From positions 32,001 to 96,000 of the IMG/VR virus record IMGVR_UViG_3300032053_005343: 64,000 nt of DNA. One strand, 5' to 3'. The notes below the pieces were generated by a model that saw only the letters and a program-made list of their open reading frames with translations, was not told where the DNA came from and did no database searches. The stretch is from a virus. Positions 1-10,859 of this stretch are shown piece by piece (the first letter of the stretch is position 1; each line of letters begins with the position of its first letter). The translations under genes and the position numbers were made by a program.

Positions 1-1
1 A

Positions 2-145
2 GACATAAAAAAGGGGGGTGTAATTGATGCTATAAGTGGAGGTTTCCCTCGTTTGTATGATAACACCGTCCCGTTTTTGCTTTGGTTGCCTGAGAGTACC
101 ACTGGTCCAATTTTACATGGAAAAATGATTGTTTCACAAGGTTAA
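2..145 (+). CDS. 3' end of a putative structural protein, paralogue of 165..986 (partial)
   Basis: Frame 2 reads DIKKGGVIDAISGGFPRLYDNTVPFLLWLPESTTGPILHGKMIVSQG*, nearly the same C-terminus as the next ORF. Confidence 0.85.
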   Translation, partial: DIKKGGVIDAISGGFPRLYDNTVPFLLWLPESTTGPILHGKMIVSQG

Positions 146-164
146 TTTTTAGGAGTAAAGAATA

Positions 165-986
165 ATGGCAATTACAACATTAGATCAAATTATTGCGGGG
201 ATGCAACCCCCAGAAAGTTTTTTTAAAATTGGTGCTACAATGGAGGCAACAGGTGTTCACTATTCGCCTTTTTATGTAAGTGGTCGGCCAGGAGCCGCCG
301 TAGCACCAACTCCGGGATTGAATGGGGCTGCTCTTACTAGTTATGCTGGTCAAATTCCTTTTAGGAATCCAGCTAGTGATAATTCTTACTTGGCAAGATT
401 TGCAGTCTCGTGTTCTCTTGCGGGAACCCTACTTTTATGTGATAGGTTATGGCACAATAGTAGCATAGTGTCCTCAACCACTACAGAACAACCTATTACT
501 CATCCGGGTTTACCGGCACGTTGTCCTCCGGCAACAGGAAATACTCCCGATGCTAGTGGAAATACTATTTTGTGTGGAATAGAAGTTTCTACCGCAACGA
601 CCAATGGTAGTGTAATTACAAATACAACACTTAATTATACAAACCAAGCGGGATCGGGGAGTAAAACTGGTACAATATCTAGTTTTCCGTCAACGGCACT
701 TGCCGGTACATTCGTTCCATTTCAACTAGCTGCGGGAGATACTGGTATTCAATCTATTCAAGGAATTACACTGGGAACTTCTTATGGTACAGGAGTAGTT
801 CATTTGGTTCAATATCGTATTTTGGCTCGTGTTGGAATCATAGATACAAGTATAGGAAATGCAATTGATGCTATAGATAGTGGTTTCCCCCGTTTATATG
901 ATAATACTGTCCCGTTTTTACTTTGGTTGCCTTCGGCAACAACAGCAGTGACCATACACGGACAAATGATCGTTTCTCAGGGATAA
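165..986 (+). CDS. putative virion structural protein (G/S/T-rich, predicted beta-rich)
   Basis: 273-aa ORF, AGGAG RBS, composition typical of phage structural proteins; function inferred from context. Confidence 0.6.
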   Translation: MAITTLDQIIAGMQPPESFFKIGATMEATGVHYSPFYVSGRPGAAVAPTPGLNGAALTSYAGQIPFRNPASDNSYLARFAVSCSLAGTLLLCDRLWHNSSIVSSTTTEQPITHPGLPARCPPATGNTPDASGNTILCGIEVSTATTNGSVITNTTLNYTNQAGSGSKTGTISSFPSTALAGTFVPFQLAAGDTGIQSIQGITLGTSYGTGVVHLVQYRILARVGIIDTSIGNAIDAIDSGFPRLYDNTVPFLLWLPSATTAVTIHGQMIVSQG

Positions 987-989
987 TAC

Positions 990-3581
990 ATGGCTACGAC
1001 TGGACGTGGTGATTTTCCGTTTTCTTCTACGTGGCCTACGATAAAAGGTCTTGTTAAGGAGCAAAGATGGGGGAACACCGACCAAGCACTTAAACAAGCT
1101 TTAAATAATTGGTTTTTTAATACACCTGCCATTAACAATAATATCAATTTATTTATTAATGGTAAAAATTCTGAAAACGATAATTTAAATCTTTTCGCTA
1201 ATGGTAAAGATAATCAAAACCAAGAATTAGATTTATTTATTCACGGATTTGTTGCGCAAGCCGGCAATCTTAATTTATTTATTGCTGGACCAATACAAAT
1301 AACTGATAATCTTGATTTATTTATTCGTGGGTTTGCTACAGAAACTGATAGTATAAATTTAACAATTACTGGGCACGAATCTTTTAATCAATCACTAGAT
1401 CTTTTTATTAACGGGTTTGCTACGCAAACTGATAATATTACCCTGTTTATAAGTAGTATTAATCTTATTTCTTCTGGTTTAGATCTTTTCGTACATGGAA
1501 AAATTTCTTTAACAAACAACTTAGATTTATTGATTAAAGGAAATGAATCTTTTAATCAATCCCTGGACCTTTTTATTAAAGGCAAAGATACTGTAAACCA
1601 AGACATAGATCTGTTTATCAATGGCCCAGAACCAATTAATAATCAGATAGATTTATTTATTATTGCTCCCACACCAATATCAGAATCTATTAATTTATTT
1701 ATTTCTGGTCCTATCCCAAACATAGTTAAAGCTGATATTACTCAGGTAGTTATATCTTCTGGCTTACAAAATATTATAATTCCAGATTTTGGTGTTGTAA
1801 AGGCTGTTATTTTTATAGCCGGTAATCCTACTGCAACAGGGATTCAAGAGAGTGGAATACAATATTCTGTAGGATTTACAGATGGAATAAAATCTAGGTC
1901 AATAGGATTTTCTTCTGAAGATAATGTACCAGATTCCAAGACATGGTGCGTTGGTAGCGAAAATCATCTATTCATGTTAATAGATAAATCTAGTGGTAAT
2001 ATTTTTTCATCCGCAATATTTGATGACTGGATACAAGACGGTATAAGAATAAATTCTGATGTTGCTCCTTCTGGAAATTATTTATTAACTGCTATATTCT
2101 TTGGTGGAAACAAATTAGATGTATTAGTAGATACTTTTGTTACGCCATCCACCACAGGCAATTTTATAGATGTTGATACGGTTTTTGAACCAGATCAGCT
2201 TATTGGTATATCAAACGGTTTTACACTTGACGAAATGGTTCAAGGTCTTGGAAGACTATGTATAGGATTCGCCGACAATGGAGATAGTTTAAGTCAGGGA
2301 TCTATAACATATTTTAGTTCAGACGGTGCCACAATAGGCAGTCCCGCAAGTATAATTAGTAGTGGCATTTTCCAACGCCGAATTACTTTGTCTAGCATAG
2401 TTAATTCTGTTCAAATATCAGGATTTACTTCTTCTGGATTTATTGCCGAAACCGTTACAAGCAATGGTTCTACAAGTGTAGGATTTTTAGCACTTAAATA
2501 TAATGACAACAGGGATCATTTTGTTGGATTTGTTGATTCACCAACAACAAGTGGTTTAAAGGAATTTACAAACCCCAACTTTCATCCATTAATAGCTTTT
2601 CAACTATTGACACAATTAGAATCTTTAGATGCCCTGGTTTCATTTAATAAAGCTGGTGCTCACGGACTATCTGTTTTTACAGAAGATAAGGAATTCTGTC
2701 ATAGTTTCTCCGAAAGATCATCCTCTATAATGATCAATGATACATTATTTGATGATCAAGCTATTAATTTTCCAAACCATAGTGGTTTAACATCCTTTAT
2801 GGCCCCATTTGATTCGATGACCACAAGTGGATGGAAATTAAATTTCACATCAATTGATGGAACTACTAAAAAATGGTTGGCCCTAGCAATAGAAGATCCA
2901 ATAATAATCACTTCGTCTGGTCAGATAGGATTATTTATATCCGGACAAGGAGAAACAAATTATTGGAATCTATTTTTAAGAACTCCAGATAATGATATAG
3001 CCACAAGTAGATCTTTGCATATTTATGGATCTCCAAGTGGCGTAGATTTAAATTTTGCTGGACAAGAAATTGATCTGTTTGTAAAAAGTAGTTTAGGGGA
3101 CAGCATTTATCCTCCTGTGGCTAGTGGGTACAGTTCTCTTTTTATGGGAGTAGAATCTGGTAATGAATCTAGTAGTGGTTACTGGTCGTTATTTTTAAAA
3201 TCGGATGCATCTATTAGTAATAGTATAGATCTTTATATAAGTACTCATGAAAAAATTGCAAGTGGATTTATTGATTTATTTATTGCGAGAATTCCTGATT
3301 TTCCTGGGGAGGAAGGGTTCACGCCAATCAATGCATATCAAACACTGTTTCTTAAAACGATTATCGGTGAAACAGATACTTTAGATTTATTTATTTCTGG
3401 ATTTGTTGTTACGGTTAATAGTAATATTGATTGTTTTATAGAGGGAGTTTTTACAATCAATGACAATTTAAATCTTGTGCTTTTTGGCATCTCCGGAATT
3501 ATTGACAATAATTTGGATTTATTTATTTACGGGATTGATAACCCAAATAGTAATGTAGAATTTTTCATAAGAGGGTATTAA
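990..3581 (+). CDS. repeat-containing putative tail/fibre-like structural protein
   Basis: 863 aa with 14-aa (L/I)DLFIxG repeats at both ends flanking a non-repetitive central domain. Confidence 0.6.
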   Translation: MATTGRGDFPFSSTWPTIKGLVKEQRWGNTDQALKQALNNWFFNTPAINNNINLFINGKNSENDNLNLFANGKDNQNQELDLFIHGFVAQAGNLNLFIAGPIQITDNLDLFIRGFATETDSINLTITGHESFNQSLDLFINGFATQTDNITLFISSINLISSGLDLFVHGKISLTNNLDLLIKGNESFNQSLDLFIKGKDTVNQDIDLFINGPEPINNQIDLFIIAPTPISESINLFISGPIPNIVKADITQVVISSGLQNIIIPDFGVVKAVIFIAGNPTATGIQESGIQYSVGFTDGIKSRSIGFSSEDNVPDSKTWCVGSENHLFMLIDKSSGNIFSSAIFDDWIQDGIRINSDVAPSGNYLLTAIFFGGNKLDVLVDTFVTPSTTGNFIDVDTVFEPDQLIGISNGFTLDEMVQGLGRLCIGFADNGDSLSQGSITYFSSDGATIGSPASIISSGIFQRRITLSSIVNSVQISGFTSSGFIAETVTSNGSTSVGFLALKYNDNRDHFVGFVDSPTTSGLKEFTNPNFHPLIAFQLLTQLESLDALVSFNKAGAHGLSVFTEDKEFCHSFSERSSSIMINDTLFDDQAINFPNHSGLTSFMAPFDSMTTSGWKLNFTSIDGTTKKWLALAIEDPIIITSSGQIGLFISGQGETNYWNLFLRTPDNDIATSRSLHIYGSPSGVDLNFAGQEIDLFVKSSLGDSIYPPVASGYSSLFMGVESGNESSSGYWSLFLKSDASISNSIDLYISTHEKIASGFIDLFIARIPDFPGEEGFTPINAYQTLFLKTIIGETDTLDLFISGFVVTVNSNIDCFIEGVFTINDNLNLVLFGISGIIDNNLDLFIYGIDNPNSNVEFFIRGY
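1131..1718 (+). repeat. 14 tandem copies of a 14-aa (42-nt) LDLFIxG repeat
   Basis: INNNINLFINGKNS/ENDNLNLFANGKDN/QNQELDLFIHGFVA/... ; near-identical DNA copies gaatcttttaatcaatc at ~1377 and ~1546. Confidence 0.85.
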
Positions 3582-3621
3582 TTATGTTTCATTATAAAAC
3601 ATATAGAATGGGGTGTTCGAT

Positions 3622-5340
3622 ATGGCCAGAGTAATATATTTTGGTCAGGCGATAATTCCCGCTCCACTTATCGGTATTACAAAAAATTATATCAAAGCGG
3701 GAGACGGCACAAAATTAGGTATAAACTATGGTATTACCATTACGGGCACTCTTCTGCCATTTATGGGATCACCTAGTGGTACGTTTACTTCACCAGCAGA
3801 CGCCTTTTGGACATTATCTGGAGATCCTCCGGACGAATCTTTTGCAAATAATGATGCCGCATTTTCAAGTCTTGTCAAAAAGCAAGAAGCTATTAGATAT
3901 TTATTTAGCCAAGAAGGAAAATTATTAGAAATATATTCGGGTGCTTCTCCTGCTATTATAAGATGTAATCCAAGAATTATTTCAATAGATTTTCAACAGG
4001 GTCAATGGGTTGATCGTTTAGAATACACAATAACGTTAGAAGCTGACTGGGTGTTTATTGCTGGTTTATCAACAGATACAGAAGATAGTTTTGAGGTCGA
4101 ACTAATTGATACTGGACAAGAGAATTGGTCGTTTACAGAAACCGCTGGCCAAGGCGGTAGTGGCTATACTGTTTCGCATACTATTTCTGCCCATGGCGTT
4201 GCGGGATATGATGAAACTGGTATACCATTTTCTGGGGCCGGAGAAGTAGCGGGTGGAGAGGCGTGGAAACACGCAAAAACATGGTGCGACAATAGGGCGG
4301 TCGGAGTAGTTGATCCGGATATAATGTTTGCTATTATTGGAATATCTGGATTGATTGGTGGATCATATGCAAAGAATACCAATTTGACGCATTTCAGTGG
4401 CGACTATTCGATTACAGAAACGTGGATTTTATCCCAAGATAATTTCTTTATACAAAAATCATTTACTTCAAACAAGAACACAGAAGGAAAAATAGATGCT
4501 TCTTATACTGGAAAAATTACCGGAATATCAGAAGGAGAAAAAACTGGTGGTACATTAGCTATAGCTAACGCCAAAGCTGCTATTCCAACAAATTCCCAAG
4601 CAAAAATAGATACAGAGAATGCACTTGGGGATCTACTAGAGACCTTCGTGTTGGGAGCCGCTCCTTCAACAAAAAATGTGTCAATTAATAATGCGGACGC
4701 CACAGTTAATTTTTCCTTTACTTGGTCAACTGATGAAGAGGAAACATTTACTAGAAGTTGTGAAGCCTCGATTGATTTCGACGAAGGCAACGGAACATAC
4801 AATCTTTCATTGTCGTGCGACATACAAGGAAAGGGTGATACCGTTGCTATAAAACTTGTTAACGCCAAGGCTGCTATTCTTAACGAGGTGGACGCAAGAT
4901 CAAAAGCTATTGAATTGGTTGGAGATCAGCTTCCCGACGGGGTTGAAATAGCAACAGATTTTTCGTCCAAGTCTGTATCAATAAACGAGACCAGGGGGAG
5001 CGTTAGATTTACTTATACATGGAAAAATACGACGACAGGATTTGATAATTTTGAGATTTCTATTGATATTCAATTGCCAAATAAAGTGATAGCAATAATA
5101 CCAGTACCGGGAAGGGTTGGCGGACCAATCATACAGGATATGGAAACGACGACCCAACAGATAGTTACTGTCTCGCTTAGTAGTCCGGGAAATGACATAA
5201 AGCCAGATAATTTGACTGTTATTGGAATTATTGAGGATGCTGCTGGTTTTATTAATACATGGATACTAGAAAGTGATAAAGAGACTTATTCACCAACGAA
5301 TAAAAAGTATACAAGAACAAGATCTTATATTGTTGACTAG
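3622..5340 (+). CDS. hypothetical protein, probable virion/tail component
   Basis: Long ORF in the structural block; ATG at 3622 follows a GGGGTG RBS-like sequence. Confidence 0.6.
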   Translation: MARVIYFGQAIIPAPLIGITKNYIKAGDGTKLGINYGITITGTLLPFMGSPSGTFTSPADAFWTLSGDPPDESFANNDAAFSSLVKKQEAIRYLFSQEGKLLEIYSGASPAIIRCNPRIISIDFQQGQWVDRLEYTITLEADWVFIAGLSTDTEDSFEVELIDTGQENWSFTETAGQGGSGYTVSHTISAHGVAGYDETGIPFSGAGEVAGGEAWKHAKTWCDNRAVGVVDPDIMFAIIGISGLIGGSYAKNTNLTHFSGDYSITETWILSQDNFFIQKSFTSNKNTEGKIDASYTGKITGISEGEKTGGTLAIANAKAAIPTNSQAKIDTENALGDLLETFVLGAAPSTKNVSINNADATVNFSFTWSTDEEETFTRSCEASIDFDEGNGTYNLSLSCDIQGKGDTVAIKLVNAKAAILNEVDARSKAIELVGDQLPDGVEIATDFSSKSVSINETRGSVRFTYTWKNTTTGFDNFEISIDIQLPNKVIAIIPVPGRVGGPIIQDMETTTQQIVTVSLSSPGNDIKPDNLTVIGIIEDAAGFINTWILESDKETYSPTNKKYTRTRSYIVD

Positions 5341-5348
5341 GAGAAAAA

Positions 5349-8300
5349 ATGTCTGACAAACTTAGTGAAATGATATCGGCAGACCAAAGACAGATTTTTG
5401 GTTTAACTATTCAAAGAATTAATATAGATATTGGGCCTTTCGGAGGAGAAAATACATATACGTTTACACTAATCAAAGAACCGGGTCAGACCTTCCATCT
5501 TCAAGATGTTACTTTTAGAGATGGGGTGGCCCCTTTTATTAATTTAACATTTGCTGAACTTGATGTTTTTGCTTCTGTCATTTCGTGGAAAGAGACTATT
5601 GCTGATATAGGGGGTAACTCTATTTATACGGTAGTATTAGCACAATATAATAGAGTTTTTTTACAGCATTTTCAATTCCAGGAGATTAATCATTTAATTA
5701 TATTTGACCCAATAACACACAAAAATGTATTAAATGAAGATTTGGTTGCGCAGGGTGCAATAGTTGATGAAGAAGGTATTTTGCAAGAAGTGTTTCTGTG
5801 GGATGATATTGTTTATATTCCCGAAAAGATGATTCTACCACCATCCGTGTTTATGCAGAACCGATCAGCCGCTATTTTTGGTCCACCTATTACGAAAATT
5901 TTTGACGCATTTAAAGATAAAATTTTTAATATAGGGGGTGTAAGTCTGTTATTTAATTTTGATGGACTATTAATAGACAATGGTGTTGAACAGCCAATCC
6001 GCATACGACTATTTCGCGGATATAATCGAACAACTTTATTTACTGTTATTGAAGATTATGCTGTGGACAATAATTTTGAATATTCATCAAGAGTTAAAAG
6101 AATTAATGAAGGTGAAAATACTGGTATTTATGAAGTTTCTTTTTATAAACATATCGTTCCAGATGGAATAAATGGCTTCGCAACAGAGAATGACAGTGTT
6201 TTAAATGTTTTAGCGGCAATGCATAATGGTGAAATCATTAATCATGAAAGAGGTTATGCAGTTGCCAAAGATTTTACTACAAGGACAAGTTTTAGTGTCA
6301 AAGAGAGAGACTTTATTCCCCCTGGTTACGTGGTTGTTCCGGTTGATCCTGAAAATTTGGTAGATAAAGTATTTGTTACAAAAGGAATTACTGAATTTAT
6401 AGATTTTACTTCTAAAAAGATTGTCCACATAGTTCGTGGTGGACTTCAATCGAATTTTCTTAATTTTACTGCTGGCGATATTCACCAATTTTGGGGTTTT
6501 AAATCCCCAGGTGTTCTTAAAGATCCACCATCAACTAGTGATTTGTCAAAGATGAATAAAATATTAGATAACGAAGATATAATAGGCGATGATGAGCATC
6601 TTCGGGAATTTATGAATCTTTGGGGAAGACAATTTGTTGTTAATAGTACTCACTTAACAGAATTTTTACCTCTTACGCCAGAACAAGAGGCGGCTATAGC
6701 AGAAGAAGAACAGGCAATAATAGACCTTATTGAAGCTTTGTTAGCACATTTTAATTCTTTGCCAAGAAGAAAACTGGGGGATCATTATAGAAATGGCGAG
6801 GAAATATTTAGAGGTTTTCTTCTTCAATATAAAAACGATCATCCTGAAATATTTGATAATAAGCCAACAAATATATATGGGGGATTATCCGATTTTAGGA
6901 ATGGCTTTGATTTTGAGCCCGGAATTATGATGGTATTATTTGATACCGCATTAAATTCTTTGTCTCCCCATTATCCTTCTGTTGATGAAATATTGGGATC
7001 TGTGGGAGAAGCAGAATTTTATCAATCTCAAGGATATGTAGGCTTATCATTAATTTCTACCCAAATTTCTTTAGAACAAGAAAGAATACTTCGACAAATT
7101 CCAGCAAGCATAAGAGCCAAAGGCATGTGTTTTCCTTCTGTAGATCATCCACTTTCCAGAATATCAAAAGCAATCGCTAATTTTAGATCTTCCATCGGGC
7201 AGTGGCCTTCTTATATTAAATTACCGAAAGTACCGCCAAAGAAGGGGAATACTGAACATGTGTGGGGGTCAAAAATAATATCGACGATTAATCATGTAGG
7301 AACCACTAAAATAGATCCAAAAACAAAATTTAAAATTAAATCGGACTATGTTAGAGTTGATGTAAAACAGTATAATAATTTTTATATTATTACATTACCG
7401 GGACAAATGTTGCAAATTCAAACAACTACATCGAAATCCACCGATAATCCAGATGGCTGTCTAGAAAGGGACTTAAAAATAATAGAGCGTTTAAATGATG
7501 CATTTATTGCAACCGAAGACGCCCAGAAGCGATATGGGCCATTCGTTGTTTCAGAAGGACGAACATTAGATGAGAACAACAAAGAATATAGTGATATTAT
7601 AAATAATCCTTCAGAATATGTAATTAAAAATATTGTTAATGATAGATTGGTCCCAGAAAATTTTAACCCAGATGGCAAATTAAGTTATTTAGAATCTATT
7701 GAAGAAATGAAAAAATTTATTACGCAGAATTTAAGTGCGATTGATGTGCCAAAGGTTCAGTCAAATCAATTTGGTTCAATAACGGTAGCGGGACTGCCGG
7801 TGGAACAAGCTTTTTTGCCCATACTTTATGCGGGTTTTAGTCGTATAGCAAGAATCAATATTAATTTTGATATAAATGGTATAAAAACCACTTATTATAC
7901 AGAAATACCACAAAGAGAAGATATTCAAAATGATGTTGAGATTTCGGATAGACTCGAACCACTTGAAGAAAAACTTGATAAAATAATAGCCAAAAAACCC
8001 AAGAATAAAGTGGTAGACATTAATGAACCAAAACTAGAATCTGACCCAAAACAAAATACACTTAGTGACGAAGAATTAAAATACATATATAAAAAACCAG
8101 AAGGAGGACAGGGTATAATAGTGGATGTTGAAACAGGAGGTCCATTTTATACTGTTAGAAGAGTAAACTATGCGGATATTGACCCCCAAACCTTTGCGGG
8201 AGGATTGAATATTACAGAAAGTTATTTTGCAGCAGAATGGAAACATGTAAGAAATTTGTCTGAGCCAGATGATAGTCCTGGATATTTATTGCCAGAAACA

Positions 8301-8399
8301 AAAGTAAATGTTAGTATTTTTTCTGACAGTGAGTTTGGTCCTTTTGTGCCATATATAGAACAAAGTCCACAGGTATTTATGCCTCCGTTAGAGGCTTAA
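5349..8399 (+). CDS. large hypothetical protein, probable tail/baseplate component
   Basis: 1016-aa ORF with AGGAG RBS, in the structural block; no catalytic motif recognised. Confidence 0.55.
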   Translation: MSDKLSEMISADQRQIFGLTIQRINIDIGPFGGENTYTFTLIKEPGQTFHLQDVTFRDGVAPFINLTFAELDVFASVISWKETIADIGGNSIYTVVLAQYNRVFLQHFQFQEINHLIIFDPITHKNVLNEDLVAQGAIVDEEGILQEVFLWDDIVYIPEKMILPPSVFMQNRSAAIFGPPITKIFDAFKDKIFNIGGVSLLFNFDGLLIDNGVEQPIRIRLFRGYNRTTLFTVIEDYAVDNNFEYSSRVKRINEGENTGIYEVSFYKHIVPDGINGFATENDSVLNVLAAMHNGEIINHERGYAVAKDFTTRTSFSVKERDFIPPGYVVVPVDPENLVDKVFVTKGITEFIDFTSKKIVHIVRGGLQSNFLNFTAGDIHQFWGFKSPGVLKDPPSTSDLSKMNKILDNEDIIGDDEHLREFMNLWGRQFVVNSTHLTEFLPLTPEQEAAIAEEEQAIIDLIEALLAHFNSLPRRKLGDHYRNGEEIFRGFLLQYKNDHPEIFDNKPTNIYGGLSDFRNGFDFEPGIMMVLFDTALNSLSPHYPSVDEILGSVGEAEFYQSQGYVGLSLISTQISLEQERILRQIPASIRAKGMCFPSVDHPLSRISKAIANFRSSIGQWPSYIKLPKVPPKKGNTEHVWGSKIISTINHVGTTKIDPKTKFKIKSDYVRVDVKQYNNFYIITLPGQMLQIQTTTSKSTDNPDGCLERDLKIIERLNDAFIATEDAQKRYGPFVVSEGRTLDENNKEYSDIINNPSEYVIKNIVNDRLVPENFNPDGKLSYLESIEEMKKFITQNLSAIDVPKVQSNQFGSITVAGLPVEQAFLPILYAGFSRIARININFDINGIKTTYYTEIPQREDIQNDVEISDRLEPLEEKLDKIIAKKPKNKVVDINEPKLESDPKQNTLSDEELKYIYKKPEGGQGIIVDVETGGPFYTVRRVNYADIDPQTFAGGLNITESYFAAEWKHVRNLSEPDDSPGYLLPETKVNVSIFSDSEFGPFVPYIEQSPQVFMPPLEA

Positions 8400-8416
8400 G
8401 AATAGGAAAGAATAAA

Positions 8417-10207
8417 ATGATTGCTTTTTTAGAGTCTCCCGCAATTATTTCTTTAGTTAATGGTTATATACCATTTATGCCAGACGCCGGTATTTATTGT
8501 GGGGGATATCAAGGTCCACTATACCCGAATCCACTTGTTTTTAAAGATGGTCTTAATATCAATTTATATCTAGAGGCCAGATATCCGATTGCGCTTGATT
8601 ATATAATGAAAAATGATGGGGATATATATAATTCAGGATTTCCCAAAGGATGTCCTGGAATAGAATACACTAACCCCGGACATTTATTGGGATTAATAGA
8701 TACTTATACAAGAATGTTATATGGATTAGGGATTATTAAACTTGCTAGAGAAGGACATTTAGGCTTTAACATATCTCCAATTATAAATGTCGAGAATATT
8801 CCGGCGAAGAGACTTGGGGGGAATACTTATACGGACATTAAAATATCGGATATTTATCCAGAATCATCAGAGATACCGTCTGATTATTTAAAGGAATTTA
8901 TAGATATTGATGGAAATTTAATTTTAGATCCTAAGACTAATTTGCCGTTCATTTTTACGGATAAATATAAACCATCAACAGGAAAAATTAATTGGAAAAA
9001 TTTATTTTTAAATGTCGATTTGAATTCCTATTTTGGTATACCAGAATTTTTTGAAAATATTATTAATGCTGTCCATGAATCTATATCTGATTTTAATGAA
9101 AAAAAAATAATTGATTTAGATCCAGAACAAGCTCCCTGGTCTACAAATGGGTTGGTAGATTCTTTGCCAAATCCAATCATTGACCCAGCCATATTTCCTC
9201 ATGGCCTTGAAAATTTAGACGAAAATTTACCTTCTGGGGGATTTTATGGTCTTTCTAATTATGGACAATTACAGTATTTAACTAAATCTCACGTATTAAA
9301 TTCTCAACAATCACTAAAATTAATGACAGGATCAGAAAATTTCCATAGAATAAATATACCTAAAGATCCGACAACAAGATATGAATATAGATCGTTGAAT
9401 GAATTAAATTCCTTTATTAATGCTGTGCCAATACAAACGCATGGCATGAAATATAATGTTAATATAGAAACTGTTGGTGGTGGATCGCCGGTTTTTATCG
9501 GCAAAACGAATTACTACAACACTTCCCATGCGCAATATCTGGCACTATTAGCATCGAGTCCAAATTGCGCAGTGAGCGCGCCTGATGGGTTTTGGGAGCC
9601 CATGTGTGAACTAGTCGGGAAAAAGGAAGGAGTAAGATGTAGTTTTGCCTTATTGTGTTTTGATCAGTTAGAGCATGGTGTTTATACGACATTTCCATAC
9701 GTAGGAGGTGTCTTGTATACTTCCTTTTTTATTACTGATATTTGTTTTACTACACTTATTAACAATCCAGTAACCATTAATGTTACAGGGAAATTTATAG
9801 CAAACGAGGATATTAATGGTACATTTTTTCCAAGACAAAATTTATTAAGACAAATGATAGTTAAATCTTCTCAAACAAACAGGTTTATATGGGATAGAAA
9901 ATGGTACGATTTAGAAAATGAAGAAGATATAAGTGTCAAAACCATAGATGAATTTCTGGTATCTCCCGGAATTCTTAACGCCGTACCAGAACTTGAATCA
10001 GTATTAATGACGCAAGAATCTGAATTTTTAGAATCAATAATTTTGCCTGCCCACGATTATTCTAGGACAATAAGAACCAGGATTATAATAAAATCTAGGG
10101 TTTTAACCGACTTGTCACAACCATTCTTCCAGGGGTACGAGAACATAAGTCTACAATTAAATATAGAAACGGGGGGGTCGAATATTTTATATAATTATGA
10201 ACAATAG
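8417..10207 (+). CDS. hypothetical protein (structural block)
   Basis: 596-aa ORF, AGGA RBS. Confidence 0.6.
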   Translation: MIAFLESPAIISLVNGYIPFMPDAGIYCGGYQGPLYPNPLVFKDGLNINLYLEARYPIALDYIMKNDGDIYNSGFPKGCPGIEYTNPGHLLGLIDTYTRMLYGLGIIKLAREGHLGFNISPIINVENIPAKRLGGNTYTDIKISDIYPESSEIPSDYLKEFIDIDGNLILDPKTNLPFIFTDKYKPSTGKINWKNLFLNVDLNSYFGIPEFFENIINAVHESISDFNEKKIIDLDPEQAPWSTNGLVDSLPNPIIDPAIFPHGLENLDENLPSGGFYGLSNYGQLQYLTKSHVLNSQQSLKLMTGSENFHRINIPKDPTTRYEYRSLNELNSFINAVPIQTHGMKYNVNIETVGGGSPVFIGKTNYYNTSHAQYLALLASSPNCAVSAPDGFWEPMCELVGKKEGVRCSFALLCFDQLEHGVYTTFPYVGGVLYTSFFITDICFTTLINNPVTINVTGKFIANEDINGTFFPRQNLLRQMIVKSSQTNRFIWDRKWYDLENEEDISVKTIDEFLVSPGILNAVPELESVLMTQESEFLESIILPAHDYSRTIRTRIIIKSRVLTDLSQPFFQGYENISLQLNIETGGSNILYNYEQ

Positions 10208-10218
10208 TGTATTAATTA
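10207..10218 (+). promoter_or_regulatory. candidate phage late-promoter motif GTGTATWWW
   Basis: GTGTATTAATTA upstream of the RBS of 10236; the same motif occurs at 11899 and 13502. Confidence 0.35.
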
Positions 10219-10235
10219 AATAGGAGATTGTTTTA

Positions 10236-10859
10236 ATGTCTATTTCAGTTTATGTCGGCGAAGATCAGTTATTACCGAGTAGTTCCGGTCTTGGTTTCTA
10301 TGGTAATGATGGATTTGGTGCCCCAATACTTATTGGAGCATATAATGGTAGAACCTTCGTCACAGATCAAAATGGTATTATAGAAGGTTTTGAATGTAAT
10401 AATAATAAAAAAATATCTACAACTGGTGTAATTAATGGGCAAACCGGGTTAGGTATTCAATTAATTAGTCTTCCCAATAATTTGGCTACCATTAACATAA
10501 GATTTGAATATCTATCAGAGGTTAGAACACTTACTAGTAAATTTTATATTTTTGATGGAACAACAACTAGTGGTACACCAAATATAAATAATGATCCGAG
10601 CGGACTAACGTGTTATTGTGCAGAAACAAGGCATCAAAGTGTTATCCAAGATCCCGATGGATTGGGTGATACGGATTGGTTTAATACACACGGATCGACA
10701 TTTTTAGAATTAATTAGTTCGCCCGGAGAAAGCGGACTAAGACCATTGGGTTCGTTAACTTCAGATGTAAGGCACGATTGGTACGTTGCAATTAGTTCTA
10801 CTCCCGTTACTTTTGGAAATAAAATGTTCGGACTATATTTTGAGACAGAATTTCTATAA
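10236..10859 (+). CDS. putative virion protein, paralogue of 11957..12583
   Basis: Shares GxGF(Y/F)G..TFVTxxNG..NNNK and SSPGxxGL..RHD(W/F)Y..FG.Y..E(F/Y)L motifs with 11957. Confidence 0.7.
   Translation: MSISVYVGEDQLLPSSSGLGFYGNDGFGAPILIGAYNGRTFVTDQNGIIEGFECNNNKKISTTGVINGQTGLGIQLISLPNNLATINIRFEYLSEVRTLTSKFYIFDGTTTSGTPNINNDPSGLTCYCAETRHQSVIQDPDGLGDTDWFNTHGSTFLELISSPGESGLRPLGSLTSDVRHDWYVAISSTPVTFGNKMFGLYFETEFL

Noticed and set aside
2-986. Diversity-generating retroelement TR/VR pair
   Set aside because: The repeated 3' ends differ at synonymous and non-adenine positions, both copies are coding, and no reverse transcriptase is present.
1131-1718. 42-nt periodic DNA repeats as a non-coding array
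   Set aside because: The periodicity is fully explained by in-frame 14-aa protein repeats.
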